NCBI GenBank assembly: GCA_030141605.1
Contig: JAQGDQ010000220.1
Span: 101,786 to 165,785, forward strand
Reading direction: 5' to 3'
Source of the DNA: Tubiluchus corallicola
Taxonomy: Eukaryota; Animalia; Priapulida
DNA: 64,000 nt
Of this stretch, positions 1 through 27,300 are shown in pieces. Within the stretch, counting starts at the first letter, position 1. The number at the start of each line of letters is the position of its first letter. Under the pieces are notes generated by a model, which was not told the origin of the DNA, made no database searches, and worked only from the letters and a program-made list of their open reading frames with translations. The position numbers and the translations under genes were made by a program.

Positions 1-250
1 AGGTGCAAACAAACAGTAATCTGTAGGTGTGGGACTTACATCCTAACATTGGCAGCTTCAGGACTCAGATGAGAGTCAGAGACACTCAATTTTACTGAGT
101 TGCCATGTGGAACATGCAATGTAAACCGCTTGGTCACCAAGCCCCCTGTGATGAACAGATTGCTCTATAAACATTCCAAATTTTGTAAATATTTCAGAAC
201 TTTTTGCTGTCGTTATCAAAGAAACGTGACATTCATGCATCTTATTGCAG

Positions 251-3200
251 GTTGCTCTGGAAAATATGGATGCGTTTAAGAAAGCTTGGGAGGATCAGGT
301 GCGCCTGCTGACGGAAGCTGTTGATGACATAACCACCATTGATGACTTCCTGGCTGTGTCAGGTGTGTTGATGATTCACTGAGTTTTTTTGCTGTTCACT
401 GTCTGTTTTTTGCATTTCTTGGACTGACAATGAAAGTACTTCTGTTTCCATCTTAATCTCACGGGTAATAGTTCTTTTTATCACACACTCAGCCGGGAAT
501 ATTTTAATTTTTTTTTGTACATTCATATACTTATCTGACGCTCTTTTGTATAATGTAGATTATCGTATTGAAGGTTAAAAAGTATAGCACTTTCCGCCAA
601 ATCAGCATATTAATGGCTGAGTAGTGTTGCTGCTTATACCAAGATTATCAGAACATTATCGTATAAACAAGAGATTACATGATAACCGATAATTATATGA
701 CAGTTTAGTAATGCGAAACAAAAAACTAAAAACAAACATAAAAAATGTGCATTGAAAAAATTAAAACATTGCTGTTGACCAATGGGAAATAAAACATTTG
801 ATTTCAATTGATTTTAAATATTCCATGATTTAGCTTTAAACATTCGCAAAGCTTAAAAAAAATTGTTTTTTTCCTCCCTCCTTACTGACTTTTGTACTCC
901 TGAGGTAAGGGCAGAACCAAATATTTTTGTGGCCGGCCTTGCCTTCAAATGCTACCTCAGCCCATTTGAGGAACTGACATTGCTCCTCAGTGTATCGATT
1001 CTGAAATTCAGTGCTGCCAGTTCAAATCTCGGTGAAGCTTCAAACATTTAGGCTTTCAACATATTTTATGTAACATCAAAAACCGAAATATTTTTGTTTG
1101 TCTGTGATTATAATGGCTGCATTATGATATGTACCCGATTGATCATGCAGGAATTTCAAAGGCTGATATATAGCATCTGAAACAATTTGGGTATAGAAAA
1201 ATTTCAATTGCATAATTAGCTAGGAGCGATTTTCTAATAAATTTTTTGTCGGCATTTTTTATTAGTTTTACGGCATACTTGGCTTTGCTCACAAAATGTG
1301 AAGTATTTTTACTTCCATGCTAAACCATTTTTGATAGTATCTGCCTCTCTGGATAATTCAATTTACTGCTCAAGTTGACTATATTTGCTTTCATCGAAAC
1401 GTTAAATGAATCGAGTAACGCCATGAAAATGTAAAGGCCAAGTTAAAGGCGTTAAATATTGTATATGTTTTTTACAACATTCAGTGTTGCCAAAGCCTGT
1501 TTAATGTAATTGCCAAAGGTAACTTTTTTACTCAGAATGAGTATTGAAGGCAGTCACCCATCTATTCCCTGGCCAGGTCTGGCATTGCTTAGTTTCAGTC
1601 ACGAAGTGCATGCGTGTGACCACTAGCTTATTCAGTATTCACCCCACTTCACATGTTACTGTGAGTTAAAATGATGACGCAAAATGTGTATATGGAATGT
1701 AACATAAGCAGTGTGGCGGAAGTCACCAAGAAGTTCTTTTTCTGGTCACCATCTATTTATTAATCAGGCTCAGCGCTACTTAACTTTACTTGCAGAGTAA
1801 CCTCTCATGCTCATCCCCTCTAGCATGGCTAGTTTGACATGTTTCATCTAACAGTGCTTCTTTTCTTCTTACCCAGAGAGCCACATACTTGAAGATGTTA
1901 ACAAGTGCGTCTTGGCGCTACAAGAGGGCGATGCCGATACGCTGGACAGAACCGCAGGAGCCATTAGAGGGCGCACTGCTCGCGTGTGTAATGTCGTAGC
2001 TGCTGAGATGGATAACTACGAACCAGGGTTGTACACACAACGAGTCATTGAAGCCGTGGCAATGATGAAAGAGCAAGGTATGAATGCACTTTAATAAAAT
2101 AAATTATTTATCATAAAACTAAATAATATAATTTATTTTCCGATATTAATTGTTTGTGAAAACTTTCTTGGTTTTTCTGTAATTTCTCTGTAGATCACAG
2201 CTAATTCAACTGTGTGCCACTAACCCATAGCATGCCAGTTTCTCTACTTTCTGTTACAGTAGTTGCCGCTTGATAAAACCGCGGTTGAAAAACCAACTGC
2301 ATTTCAGAACCATTTAGGTATGGTCGGGCATTACCTGAAAGAAACTAATGTTACGAAAATTCCGTTAACAAAACCAGCGCACCATGTAATAAGACCACAT
2401 TTTTCAGGCAATAAAAGCAATAGCAAAATGATATAGTAAAATGTATTTTTGGTATTTCGGCTATTTTTAAGTTTCACAGTTAAAATTCAAGTCCCCTTTC
2501 CTAGATTCACCTCTTCTTAGTCATAGTTGCACTGAAAGTCAATGTCATCATTGTTTCATCATAACCGTTCTGCATCTACAGTTGCTAAACGTGAAAGTAA
2601 TCAGTATTATTGAAATTTTTAGTATCATGATAGTTCGCATAACTAATTTTGTATTTCAGTCATGCCAAACTTTGCACAACGCGTAGAAGTTGCTGTGGAT
2701 GCATTGAATTCACAACCGCCTCGGGACACGGACGAGAACGATTTCATAGATGCTTCGCGTTTGGTGTATGATGGAGTGCGTGACATACGCCGTGCAGTGC
2801 TCATGAATAGGGTAAACTTATTTCAACATTGGAATTTTCAGCACTTGTCAGATATAATGCTTCCCACTGTTAATTAGTTAGCTTATTTATTGAAATTAAC
2901 ACAGGGTAAATACAGTATAAAATTAACAATCTGACAAGAAATATCCATCTTGTAAGCTATAGAGTTCGGGCACGCAAATTGAATGTGAAAGGATACATAT
3001 TCTTTTCCGAAGAGGATAAGAACTTTTTAACAGTTGGCCCTAAAATCTAGTGCCCTAAACTATAGAATAGTTAGCCTATTGGTAAATATTTAGCCCTGGT
3101 CGGCTGCATATTTGCGCTGGCTTTAAGTTTTTGACGTACTGTGCATTTAATGTTGAAAACTTCTTTTGTTAACAGTAATATTAATATTACATTCAGTTTG

Positions 3201-6200
3201 ATAGTTTCAAATTTTGGTTTTATATTCAAAACTTATTGTTTATGTTTATAATGAGTAAACATTTTTTATGATTGTCTTAAGTTTACAAATGTAATTTAAA
3301 GTTTCGTTTGTTTTGTAGTCAAAATGCAAAGTAAACCAGATTTTTTTCTGGTGCACATCCAAATCATTCATTGCACATTTGTTGTATGTTCTGTCTATGT
3401 TGCATTTTTACATATTCACTGTGTATTAGATTCTTAGTAGTATTTTGCTATTTCAGGCTCCAGAAGATTTGGAAAGTGACACAGAAATTGAGTATGAAGA
3501 CGAAACATATGAAACTAAGTCCAGGTCCAGTGCACAGACTGATGAAGATGTGCTCCAACCCAGCGACAGGGTAAGTTGAAGTTGATGAAACAGATTGATT
3601 TATTAACTGCTACTGGTTAATGACGTCAGCCAATAATAATTTGGTTATTTTAACAGGCTGTAATGAGAAACTTACCGGAAGAGGCTAGGCAACAGATTCA
3701 ACAGAATGTGGCCGATTTTAGAGAGCAGAAGCGCCTCCTTGACCGGGAAGTGGCAAAGTGGGATGATACAGGAAATGACATCATACAGATGTCTAAACAA
3801 ATGTGTGTGATCATGATGGAGATGACTGATTTTACTAGGTTTGTTTTTTTCATCACTTCCTGTCTTTCTCTCTCCCCCTCTCTCATTATGTTTCTTTTTT
3901 TATCCCAAACTCTTCCGCTTTTAGTCATCGTATTAAAAGAGTAGGAGCGAATTAAAGGGAAAACAGCACAAACAAAAAAAAACAGGCAGAAATAACAAGA
4001 GAGGGGTTATTATTGTTATTTCTGCCTGTTTTTTCTTTCTCTTTCTCTTTTTTTGTTTGTGCTGTTTTTCCTTTAGTTCGCTCCTACTCTTTTAATACGA
4101 TGACTAAATGTGATTTTCTTTTTATTTTGAAAATCTAGAATAGAAATTGTGTTGCTGTTCAACACATTAGCTGTGAATTGAAGATATTAAACTTTTCTTA
4201 TCAATTCAATGTTGTTTTTACATTTTACAGGGGAACTGGTCCATTGAAAACTACTATGGATGTGATCAGTGCTGCAAAGAAAATTTCAGAAATTGGCACA
4301 AAGTTGGACAAATGTGCTCGTCAAATTGCTGACCAGGTAATTTACAACCGTTTACATAATCTTTGGAAAACATTTAGCCTCGCTAGTCACCTAATGACTG
4401 TCTAAAATTGCTTTATTATTTAAATTTTATTCTTTGTAGAAAAACAAGTGTTCAAGTACCTTGCCAAAGTTTTGCTTATCTCCCCTTATTTACTAAGAAT
4501 GTATTTAAAATTGAAAAGCAAAATCTCACTGCTAGAATTTGCTTTAAGAATATCCCTCTGTGTTGTAATGGTTGCTTGGGTTTGAGTCCCGCGGAGGTGC
4601 AAATGTTTTTCAGACTTTGTGATTTAGGGTTGCTTTCGTGTATTTATTGAATTTACTTAAAAGTTTTCAGTCTTTGAACTTAATTGTTTAATTGTGTCAT
4701 TAGTTATACTAATATAAGATTAATTGCTACTGATTGCTATTGATTAAACTTGTGTGAATAAAAATGCGGGAAGTTGAAGCCATCTTCTAATAGGTTGCTT
4801 TACTAGATAGCTTTATTGAACTCCCAATCTCATAACATTTTGTCGTTATAGTTCTTTATCAAAAGTTCATTTTTCATCGCGACCTTTTTTTTGCTTTTCA
4901 GTGTCCAGATTCAAGTACTAAGAAAGACCTGATTGCTTATCTACAACGTATTCAACTATATTGCCACCAGCTGAATATTACCAGCAAAGTGAAAACTGAA
5001 GTTCAGATAAACAGCGGTGAACTAATTGTTTCTGGGGTAAGCCATTTTTACTTAATATCTTAATTAGTCGCTTGGCAGTGAATCTAATTAGCTCTTACTT
5101 CTGTTGTGCTTGACAGAGTTGTCTGTAGCAAAGGCTGTGGGTCATCCCTGGGTGATTAAATCTGCCGCCCTAAATCTTGTAACTGTGCATGGCCTTTTTT
5201 GAGAGCTAAGTCATGTCACGTTCTACTTGGAATACTGTGGTTTAAGATTCTTGTGGTGTTCTTGGTCCCCGTAACTCTGCAAGTTAGCCAAAAGTCATTG
5301 AATTGTGAAAATGTATATAAAAAACCAGTTTACTCTAGTTCCCAAACTGATAATTTAATTTTTTCATTACTTTAGTTACTTTAGTAATTCTAGTTGTTCT
5401 AGTAACTTTAATTACTCTAGTTACTCTAGCAACTCTAATTACTGTAGTAACTCTAGTAATTACTCTTGTACACCTTTATTTTTAATTTATTAGTCTTGCG
5501 TATAGTCTAATGTATAGAAGCTGAAGGACTGTACTGAGTAATAAGATTTTTTTTATAAACACTGACTATGTATTTCAGCTTGACAGTGCAACATCTCTAA
5601 TACAAGCAGCTAAGAACTTGATGAATTCCGTGGTGCTGGTCGTCAAGGCTTCCTACGTGGCTTCCACTAAATATTCACGTGGTGCGATCAGGGTATGTTC
5701 AATAATTTCGAAATAAATATACGAATTTTAGTATAAAAACAAAAAATTTTTATATATCTGTCTGCTACATTGATGAGCCTGATGATGAACAGGTGTTGAA
5801 ATGTAACAATTTCTTGAAGCCATTTCACAGAGCCGTGGACAAAGATGCTAAAATTGTTCATTTGGTACCATGAAAACTAGAAGGTATTAGATGTTGAGAC
5901 GTGAATAACGTTTGCGTGATTGTCTTATGTGTAAGTTTTTCATAAAATTTTGGCAGTTGGTGTATTTATTTTCCTCTCTGATAAATTACTAATGTGCTAT
6001 TTACAAACGAGTAGTGGTGTTGGTATCTTTATTATAATCTTTTGGGATCTTAGTAGCTTTCTGTGTGGATAATCAAAACTTGAATAAAGATTTGGTATCA
6101 TTTCCTACCGTACAGAAAAACAAGCTAAAATCATAGGGAACACATAAATCGTTTCAGTTTTTTGCATGGCATTTGTTCCAGATGCACACTTTTTATTTTT

Positions 6201-7598
6201 GCTTGTTTTTATGAGTGAAGTAGCTCAGAAATTCCTTTTTTGCAAGTCATGTAGCTTGAAACATTTTTACTTTCACCAAGATTTGCTCTGTTGTTGTCTT
6301 ATGATTATCATAGGTTCTTGTACACAGTATTATAGCTAAGACAACGACTAAGCATTTAGAAAGAGTCTGTTTTAATAAATGGAAGATAAGAAAGTGAACA
6401 ACCGGCTCTTGGTCGACAACCATCCCATGACTCAATAGTGTTCTTCTGCTAACAAAGATATATCAGGTGGCACAAAAAAATGTGTGAAAGTGTTGACCAT
6501 TATAAGCAGCAAATAATGAAATCTCTTGAAAAATGTTGCAATCGCTTATGTATAAACACCAAAAATCTTAGGCCACTCAGTTCGATTTTTCCAAAGATAC
6601 AGAAGATACAAAGATACAGAAATAATAACTCAGAAAAATAAATACCTGAAAATTTTTGAATGACAGTGTTGTTAAAATTTACAGCAAGTGCTCTATACAT
6701 GTCCGCCATTTTAACTGCAAACTAGACGAAGGTGTTTCTTCCAACAGCTGACACAATTTCTCACTTCTTTAAGGTGTATTTGGTGCAAACACTCAACATT
6801 TTTGCTTTTTTCCTTGCGTCAAATGGCTCAGTGCAGCCATTGTGCACTTTCTTTAAGCAAATTCCAGGACGCATAGTCCAGAGGATTAAATTCCATTTTT
6901 TCTTGGCCTCAAATCTGTATCAGTGCTTTATTTTTTGTTGTGAAGATCATGATGTAAACTGGTTGATTTCTTTACTGTTTTGCTGTCATGTATTGAGCAT
7001 TTTAATTACGTCAACATGATTTTTTCACTAGTGATTAGTTTACCTTGTTCTGGCATTTAATTTTTTAACATGCAAAAAAGCTTTTCGGCTGTGATTTAAA
7101 AATTGCTAAAGCTAAAATAGACATGTAACTTTCACATGCAAATGCTAATGTATTGTAATACCACATCAACTTTGTAGGGCATTTGCTTCTAATATTATTG
7201 TAGTCTAGACTTTGGCATATTTTTCTGTGCCGCACAATATATTATTTTGAAATCATAGATAAATTCTAATTATGATGTCACAGAATCTTAATCTTTTTTA
7301 GAGCCCATTCCATTGCTCATCACAAGCATTATATTTTCAGTCAAAAATTATTTGTAAACTGTATTTACGAACTAGGTGAATTGTACCAACTACTGATAGT
7401 CAGTCCCTTATTTTATTACTGGTGTTTTGTTTACAGACTCCTATTGTGGTATGGAAGATGAAAGCACCGGAAAAGAAGCCACTCGTTCGTCTAGAGAAAC
7501 CTGAAGAACTGAGTGCAAAGGTTCGGAAGGGTGCACAGAAGAAGCAAGCCATGAACCCTGTCAAGGCACTGAGTGAATTTCAAACTCCCAAAATTTAA
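251..7598 (+). CDS. CTNNA: Alpha-catenin, 3' part (5' exons outside window). Exons 251-362, 1877-2077, 2660-2811, 3457-3570, 3657-3838, 4231-4336, 4902-5036, 5579-5692, 7437-7598 (TAA)
   Basis: The spliced translation gives hallmark alpha-catenin motifs: WEDQVRLLTEAVDDITTIDDFLAVSESHILEDVNKCV, DENDFIDASRLVYDGVRDIRRAVLMNR, EVAKWDDTGNDII, GPLKTTMDVISAAKKISE, LDSATSLIQAAKNLMNSVV, PIVVWKMKAPEKKPLVR. All introns are GT-AG with consistent phases. Confidence 0.97.
1540..1650 (-). mobile_element. 5S rRNA-like SINE fragment
   Basis: The minus strand reads GAAACTAAGCAATGCCAGACCTGGCCAGGGAATAGATGGGTGACTGCC, resembling the 5S internal control region. Related pieces lie at 1744-1786, 18008-18110, 32488-32530 and 52574-52622. 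Confidence 0.55.
2257..2610 (+). mobile_element. Truncated copy of Tc1/pogo(Tigger)-like MITE family A
   Basis: Left end TA|CAGTAGTTGCCGCTTGATAAAACC. The interior (CATTTCAGAACCATTTAGG...CCTAGATTCACCTCT) is shared with 49940-50730 and, inverted, with 41188-41909. Confidence 0.75.
3920..4108. repeat. Long inverted repeat (foldback, MITE-like) in an alpha-catenin intron
   Basis: TTTAGTCATCGTATTAAAAGAGTAGGAGCGAA...AAACAGGCAGAAATAACAA pairs with TTGTTATTTCTGCCTGTTT...TTCGCTCCTACTCTTTTAATACGATGACTAAA. The stem is about 75 bp with one CT-rich bulge. Confidence 0.9.
5330..5470. repeat. Degenerate 9-10 bp tandem repeat (TTACTCTAG)
   Basis: Repeated GTTACTCTA / GTAACTCTA units. Confidence 0.7.
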
Positions 7599-10401
7599 GC
7601 ATTCTGTTTTCTCTCATTTTTTTATCATTCCAATTACTTGAGTTAATTAATGATTCCAGCATGACCTCTACAATCATTTATTAATCAATGGAGCTGGCCC
7701 TCCTGGGCTGAGTGTATACTATTCCTGTGCATGTTTATCTCTTTCCATATGTGAACGTTCGTTTCTCATAGCTGAATTTTTGTAATGGACTATATTAGTG
7801 CTTCCGAAATTGAAATGTGTTCAGTTCCTCATCATTTAACTCCTTCAGGACCATAAGAGTTTGCTGCATTTCGCATGGGTTTCTGAAAAACTGCTCTCAC
7901 CCAGCAGCAATTACATTATATTTGACAATTTTTGTAGGGTTCTATTTTTCACGCAATGGTCTTTCATGCAAAATTGTATACGAAATGCATTAGCTTACCT
8001 CAGACAAATTAAAAATCGATTTAATTTAAAATCGAATTAAAATTTACTACTCTAATTTTAAGGTGAAATAACCTTAATTTCTCCTGGGCTGATTGGTTGA
8101 CTTTTCCTGGAACTCTTATTCAGCTGAGAGTTAACTTGGGCTGTAGCAAGCAGGCAATCAATGAAATACTGTGTATGATCGCTTAATTGTACACCAGACT
8201 TAACTACTCAATAGGTATGTTGGAGTACCTGAGAAAGGCGTGTTTTACTTACTTTTATCCAATTAAATCAGTTATAAATGTTTAAACAAATAGCATGACT
8301 GGATAGCCGAGATTCTCCTGTTTAGAACAGTACGTGATTTGTGATCATGTAGTTATATCTGTGCTCATACAGTAGCAGAAAAGGCATAGGTCTTATAAGA
8401 TCTATTTTGAATGGCATGGTCCCGAAGGAGTTAAGCCCAGATTGAGTTTTACTGCTCTTCAAAGTTTTTTAAAAATTTGTTTTTTGTTAGTTGACATTGG
8501 TCATTCATTTCATTGGCACTCGGTAATGCGTTTCAGCTGCTAGGTGACACTGTCTTGTGCATCATTTGTTCATGCCATGGTGTTGCTAGATGTAACGATA
8601 TTTGTATTATGCTGGTGCACATATGTAATTTTCTGATGTTTCTGGATAGCAGTATATTACAGCAGCACAGTTAAATTAAGTGAATTCTCAATTATTCTCC
8701 TGTCACAAAATTAATGTGGATTAGTTCTTAAGAGACACGATTCTGAGACTGAAAAATAATGAAAAGGTAATAAAAAATTCCAGAATTTTTTTTAAAAAAA
8801 GAGACTGGAGTGAAGTGCAAATTGCCAAAAAGTTAATGTGTGAGATTAAATTAATCATTAAAGCGAATAAGTCAATTATTAGCTTCATTAACATAATGAG
8901 AATTCCGTGAAAATTCCGTAAGTAATTTACAATAGCATTAAGTCTTGAAGGTTTTGTGTTATAAGATTAGCCTGAGTTTATACACTGTTTTTAAGTAATG
9001 CCTAATATTTATGTGGCATTTTTATTTTTAAGTTTTATTCATTGCAAATGTATTTGATTGTGTGTATAATTGTTGGTTAGTGTTTGTGATTTACTATGTA
9101 TATTTTAACATTCCCTGTTAAACTGTAGAACAATGCTGATAACAGGAAAAGTGTTGTAGGTTGTATGAGTAAGCAGTTTTGCTTCACTGTCCCAAAACTT
9201 TCATATCATTTAGATTTTGACTTGCTAGGTGATTTTTTGTAAAGTATCCTTGTCACTTTTTGCGATTATTTTTTCTTCTGGTCTTTGTTGATTGTGCAAG
9301 TTTGTCTTTAACGTTCATTTTTTTACTGAAATAGTCGTTTTATGAGTAATTTATTATTTGTAATCATTGAGTAGCTTGTTTATTGATTAGTTTGTTTTTT
9401 GATATCAGCCTGTGTATTTAGAAATTTACAAATATATGTGTAACCTATTATGTCTTCATTTTTTACTATGTTTTCACGAATGTTATAACCATGTGAAACC
9501 AGAATAAAACCAAACCTCGTATTTATTTCGTAAGTGTTCAAAGAAAAAACTGTTTGTAATTGAAATTTGGTATTATGTAAGTGCTTAATACAGTAAAAAA
9601 TCATAACTGCACACCAGATTTTCAAAGATTAGGTTTTGTTTCTTTTAACTATTTATCATGACTTGCAAAATACATATAAAGTGATTCTGTAGTCTTTTTG
9701 TTTGATCAATACAGCATGCAAAAAGCATAGGCGATTTTGCAAATTCCTTAAGCCATTTTATGAAATAAACCTGGACGAATTAAACATTATTGTCAACAGA
9801 ACTCGTGGCAACGGTACAAATTTAAATTTGCTAAGTGATGCTATTGTTCAATGTTCTCAGTGAAATGTAGGTGGTTAGTAATTTGTCCTTCAATGTTATT
9901 ATGTGCATGTATGTGAAACATACATGTTTAAGCTAGAACAATCTTCAATGTATAATAGTAACTTATATTACAAATGTTTGAGATTGTATAACAATTTTCT
10001 GTAGTACACTTACGTGTGGGTTTTTGGCTTTTTAGTAAATTTCATATACTGCATTCACATGAACTACTTTTTAGGCAACAAATCATCCCAACAATGCTGT
10101 CTTTAATGGTGCAAATCACTACAATGCTCATTGTACCCCAAAATCTGAACTGATACCACGTGCTTCACATCTCATGTGAAGTTTGACACTGTGTCACTAT
10201 GTAGTTTAATGTGTCAAGTTAATTACCAATGGTAGACAACCATAATCTCTCTTTTACAAGATATAAATTACAACATTCAAAAATAACTATAATTGAACTT
10301 TTGTATTGGTATATAAAAGTATGAATAAATAACAACTGTGAACACATTTTAGTGTTGATTTGTTTTGTCTGTATAATATTAATATAAAAAAATACAATAA
10401 A
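7599..10401 (+). other. Probable long 3' UTR of alpha-catenin, with AATAAA signals at 9764, 10324 and 10396
   Basis: About 2.8 kb of T-rich sequence after the stop, with no recognisable TE and several AATAAA hexamers. The true transcript end cannot be seen. Confidence 0.5.
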
Positions 10402-10557
10402 TACATACTTTATGACAGTTTAGCAGTAAATGTAATGCTGTGTGCTATTTACAAAAGTGACGTGACAGTTTCTTTCTTCGAAGTTTACTACTTGAACGAT
10501 ACAGAACAATGACTACTTGACCTGCTGCCACGCATTTTTAGTTTGAGACTGAGTGTG

Positions 10558-24156
<13,599 letters not shown>

Positions 24157-24360
24157 AATCAAGAATTAACTGCAAGTTTTCTAAAAACGTGAAATAAACA
24201 GACACCAGCACTGAAGGAACAAGTGAACGTTAGTTTAAGTATTTTTGACTTTGGTAACACCCGAAAGGTGGCGCAAGCAGCTTAACACGTTGTATTGTGT
24301 GAAAAAGTTTTTTTAAAATTTTCTAGTGTTAGTGTAAAAAATTAAGGATTATTATTCATT
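24157..24360. promoter_or_regulatory. Bidirectional promoter and 5' UTR region shared by SPAG17 (-) and NSA2 (+)
   Basis: The two start codons are only 204 bp apart and divergent. The region contains TAAACA (forkhead-like, near 24196) and a GGTAAC RFX half-site (near 24253). Confidence 0.7.
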
Positions 24361-27300
24361 ATGGTAAGGTAGTATTAGTATATATTACGTTATAGCGTTC
24401 AGTTTTATGGTTCTCGTATTTTACGTCTGCAAAAGCAGTACAAACATATGTTTGTTATTTTATTTTTAAGCCGCATTAACCAAACGTGTCTAAAATTAAA
24501 GCCTATAAGCTACTGCTTGAAAGTTTGGAACTGTATTAATTACAGATACTGGCCGAAGCGTCACGTAAAACAATGTATGCAGTTTAGCAAAAATGCAAAC
24601 TACAAAGTTGACTAAAGTCTGTGACATTCAGGTTTATTTAGACCACAATGATTTAAAATGCGGGCTAATTAAATATATTGTTGTCAAAACTGACTAACAG
24701 TAACAGTTAGCTGCTTACGATAATCGTCCAGTGCATTTTTTCTTGGCATTTTTCCTGTCGGGTTTCTCATTTTGTGTGAATGCAAGAAAATGCCTTTCAC
24801 TAACCAAAATTTCAACTTTTCCAATTATAAAGCTATCTTTTAAAGCCTGTGTCACACCCAGGCGTTTGGCGTCTGTGTCCAGCATCTGGAAGCGATAAAG
24901 AATATATATTGTCAATGGATGATGTCACCAAAGGTTTTAGCATCAGACGCTGGAAGCTCTTTCTATTTTCTGAGCAGCAAGAGTCTGTTGTTTAGCCAGA
25001 TAATGCTGACTGGTCTTATGAATCATAATATTGACAAGTAAATTTGTTATTGTCTACTGTAAAGAAGACAGAGATTGGATGCTTAGTTTTAACTTACTAC
25101 CCAATGAATGCTAGCTGCTGGCAGCCAGATGCTGGGTGCTGGAAGCCAGATGTTGAACACTTTGATTCATCATAAGTTTTAAATCAAAAATGGATCTCTT
25201 TAGAAGTAATAGTTTTTTTCTGCAAACTGTTTTACAGCCGCAAAATGAGCATATTGAACTTCACCGAAAAAGGCATGGGTACCGACTCGATTACCACGAA
25301 AGAAAGTAAGTAGAAATTGTAATTAATTGGCAATGTAAAGATGCCGTAGCAAATTATGACATCTGTCTTTAGTTTACTGATGAAATTAATAGTATGCAAT
25401 AACTAGTACAATTTGCATTTTACGTGCATTACAAAAATTACTAATAAATTATTGTTAGCTGAAAGGTAATACACCCATATCTCGGTTTGCCAGACAAAAG
25501 CGGAGAAATGTCGGTCCAAATTTGCCGAATGTCCGTATTTGCTGATGCTAAGCTAACACAATAGGTGCCGTGTGTTGGACTCACGGTAATGTAGAAGCAA
25601 TTGCTAGTTGTTTCAGAAACATCTAGTACGGGCCGCTCTTGTGCAAAATATATAAAAACTGTCTGCAGTTGACTCAAATAACTCCCCATAAGTGACTCTA
25701 TACATAAAGATATACACCTGGCTACACTGCTGTAATGATGTAAAGAAAGTGACAGCCCACCAACTAGCAGTCAGCTTGCAAAACAACAGCTGTGTCCGTA
25801 GTGTGTGGGGCTTTTTAAGGGTGCAGATTTTGTCTGATTCTTCCAATATCTGTAAAAGCGAGGTCCTGCAAACTGAGATATCAGTGTACTCATAATTCTG
25901 CTCATAAAGCGGAAATTGCTAAATGTTTGTCATATGTTCTTAAAGCACAAGAAAATACTCTTCGTAAAAAAGTTAAAGAAATTCGTCAATTTTTGGGATA
26001 TACTTTAAAATCGCCCTTTGTTCCGTTTTAAATTTTACAATAAACAGTAATCTTAATTGGAAGCCAAAGCATTAATTCAGATGTGCTGTGATTTCAAATG
26101 TTAAGTTTAATTACAAATTTCAACTTAATTTCAACTTTTTTATTTTTAGGCGGAAGAAAGAAAGTAGAGAAGTCCACAAGAGAGCGGAAAAGGCAAAGAA
26201 ACTGAGAGGCCTTAAGTAAGAGTCTTTAATGTCTTTCACGTCAGCTGTGTAATTTGTGTCCCATAATGATGGTGCACAAGTAAAAAAAACCTATACTGAT
26301 TTTCTTAAAAGTTAACTTGAGAAAGTTACAGTATGAGTGAAACTGTAAATATTGTGCTTATTTTTGCATGTGTTTTAGAACTTGAAAAATGAAATGCTAC
26401 TAACATTGTTCTAAATTGAGTCATTTTACCAAAACCAGAGTTTTATGGGCTCACTTTTCGGTGACTACCCGAAAATTTTTCAAGTTCAACAGTCGCCAAA
26501 TATGCTCCAAAAGTTCTTCAAATAGTCGCAAAACATTTACGTGCGTTCGCCGTCGTCGCCAAAAAGTCGAAAATGTTTAGACTTGGTAGCTAGTGTTGCA
26601 AAGCACGCCACCTCACCAAAACTTCTCTAAATTGTCATAAACTTGTCTGAACGAGCGCCAGACCTGCCAGATATGTTGCCAGTTATTCGTGATGTAAATT
26701 AGTTTTAGTAAATTAGTAAGAAATCAGGGGAAAATGTGTTTGGTGCAAAACCGAAACGAGTTTACCAGACATCTGGAATGTATTTTGTATTATTAGTATG
26801 CAGTTGCATATAAACAACCAAATAGAAATAGCCACAGAGCAAATAACTGAGTTCTAAATAAACTTATGCTTTTAACAAAGTAATTTTTATGCAACAACGC
26901 ATTCCAGATCTTGTGTGTCCGCTAAATTCCATTTTACCATACTAAAAATTGTGTATTAACCCAAGTCATATTCAATGTGTGAAATTATAAACAATGTATT
27001 ACCTATATGACATGTGTATGGTTGCAAAGCACAGTCAAACCTCTATATATGACCTACTTTGGGACTGCAAAAAAGTTGGCATTAAGCGAGTTTGGAATTA
27101 TAACGAGGTGCTTTAATGCATACACGTCTATACAAATGGAGAAAGCTAATTTTGCTTTGTGAAAGAATTTGGGCATTAAATAAGACTGGCATCAGGGCCA
27201 GCTCTGGATAGTTTGATGCTCTAGGCAGAAATATTTTAGTGCCCCCTCCTCAACGATAAACCCCTTTTCACACGGTCACCAACACACCTCCAAAAATGAA

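Noticed and set aside
5750-5870. Coding-looking stretch (CYIDEPDDEQVLKCNNFLKPFHRA) in an alpha-catenin intron
   Set aside because: It is short and lacks splice signals. At most it is a decayed PHD-like TE remnant, which cannot be supported.
25461-26010. Inverted repeat of about 26 bp (ACACCCATATCTCGGTTTGC / GCAAACTGAGATATCAGTGT) as a defined transposon
   Set aside because: It is probably a decayed MITE, but its termini and TSD could not be fixed.
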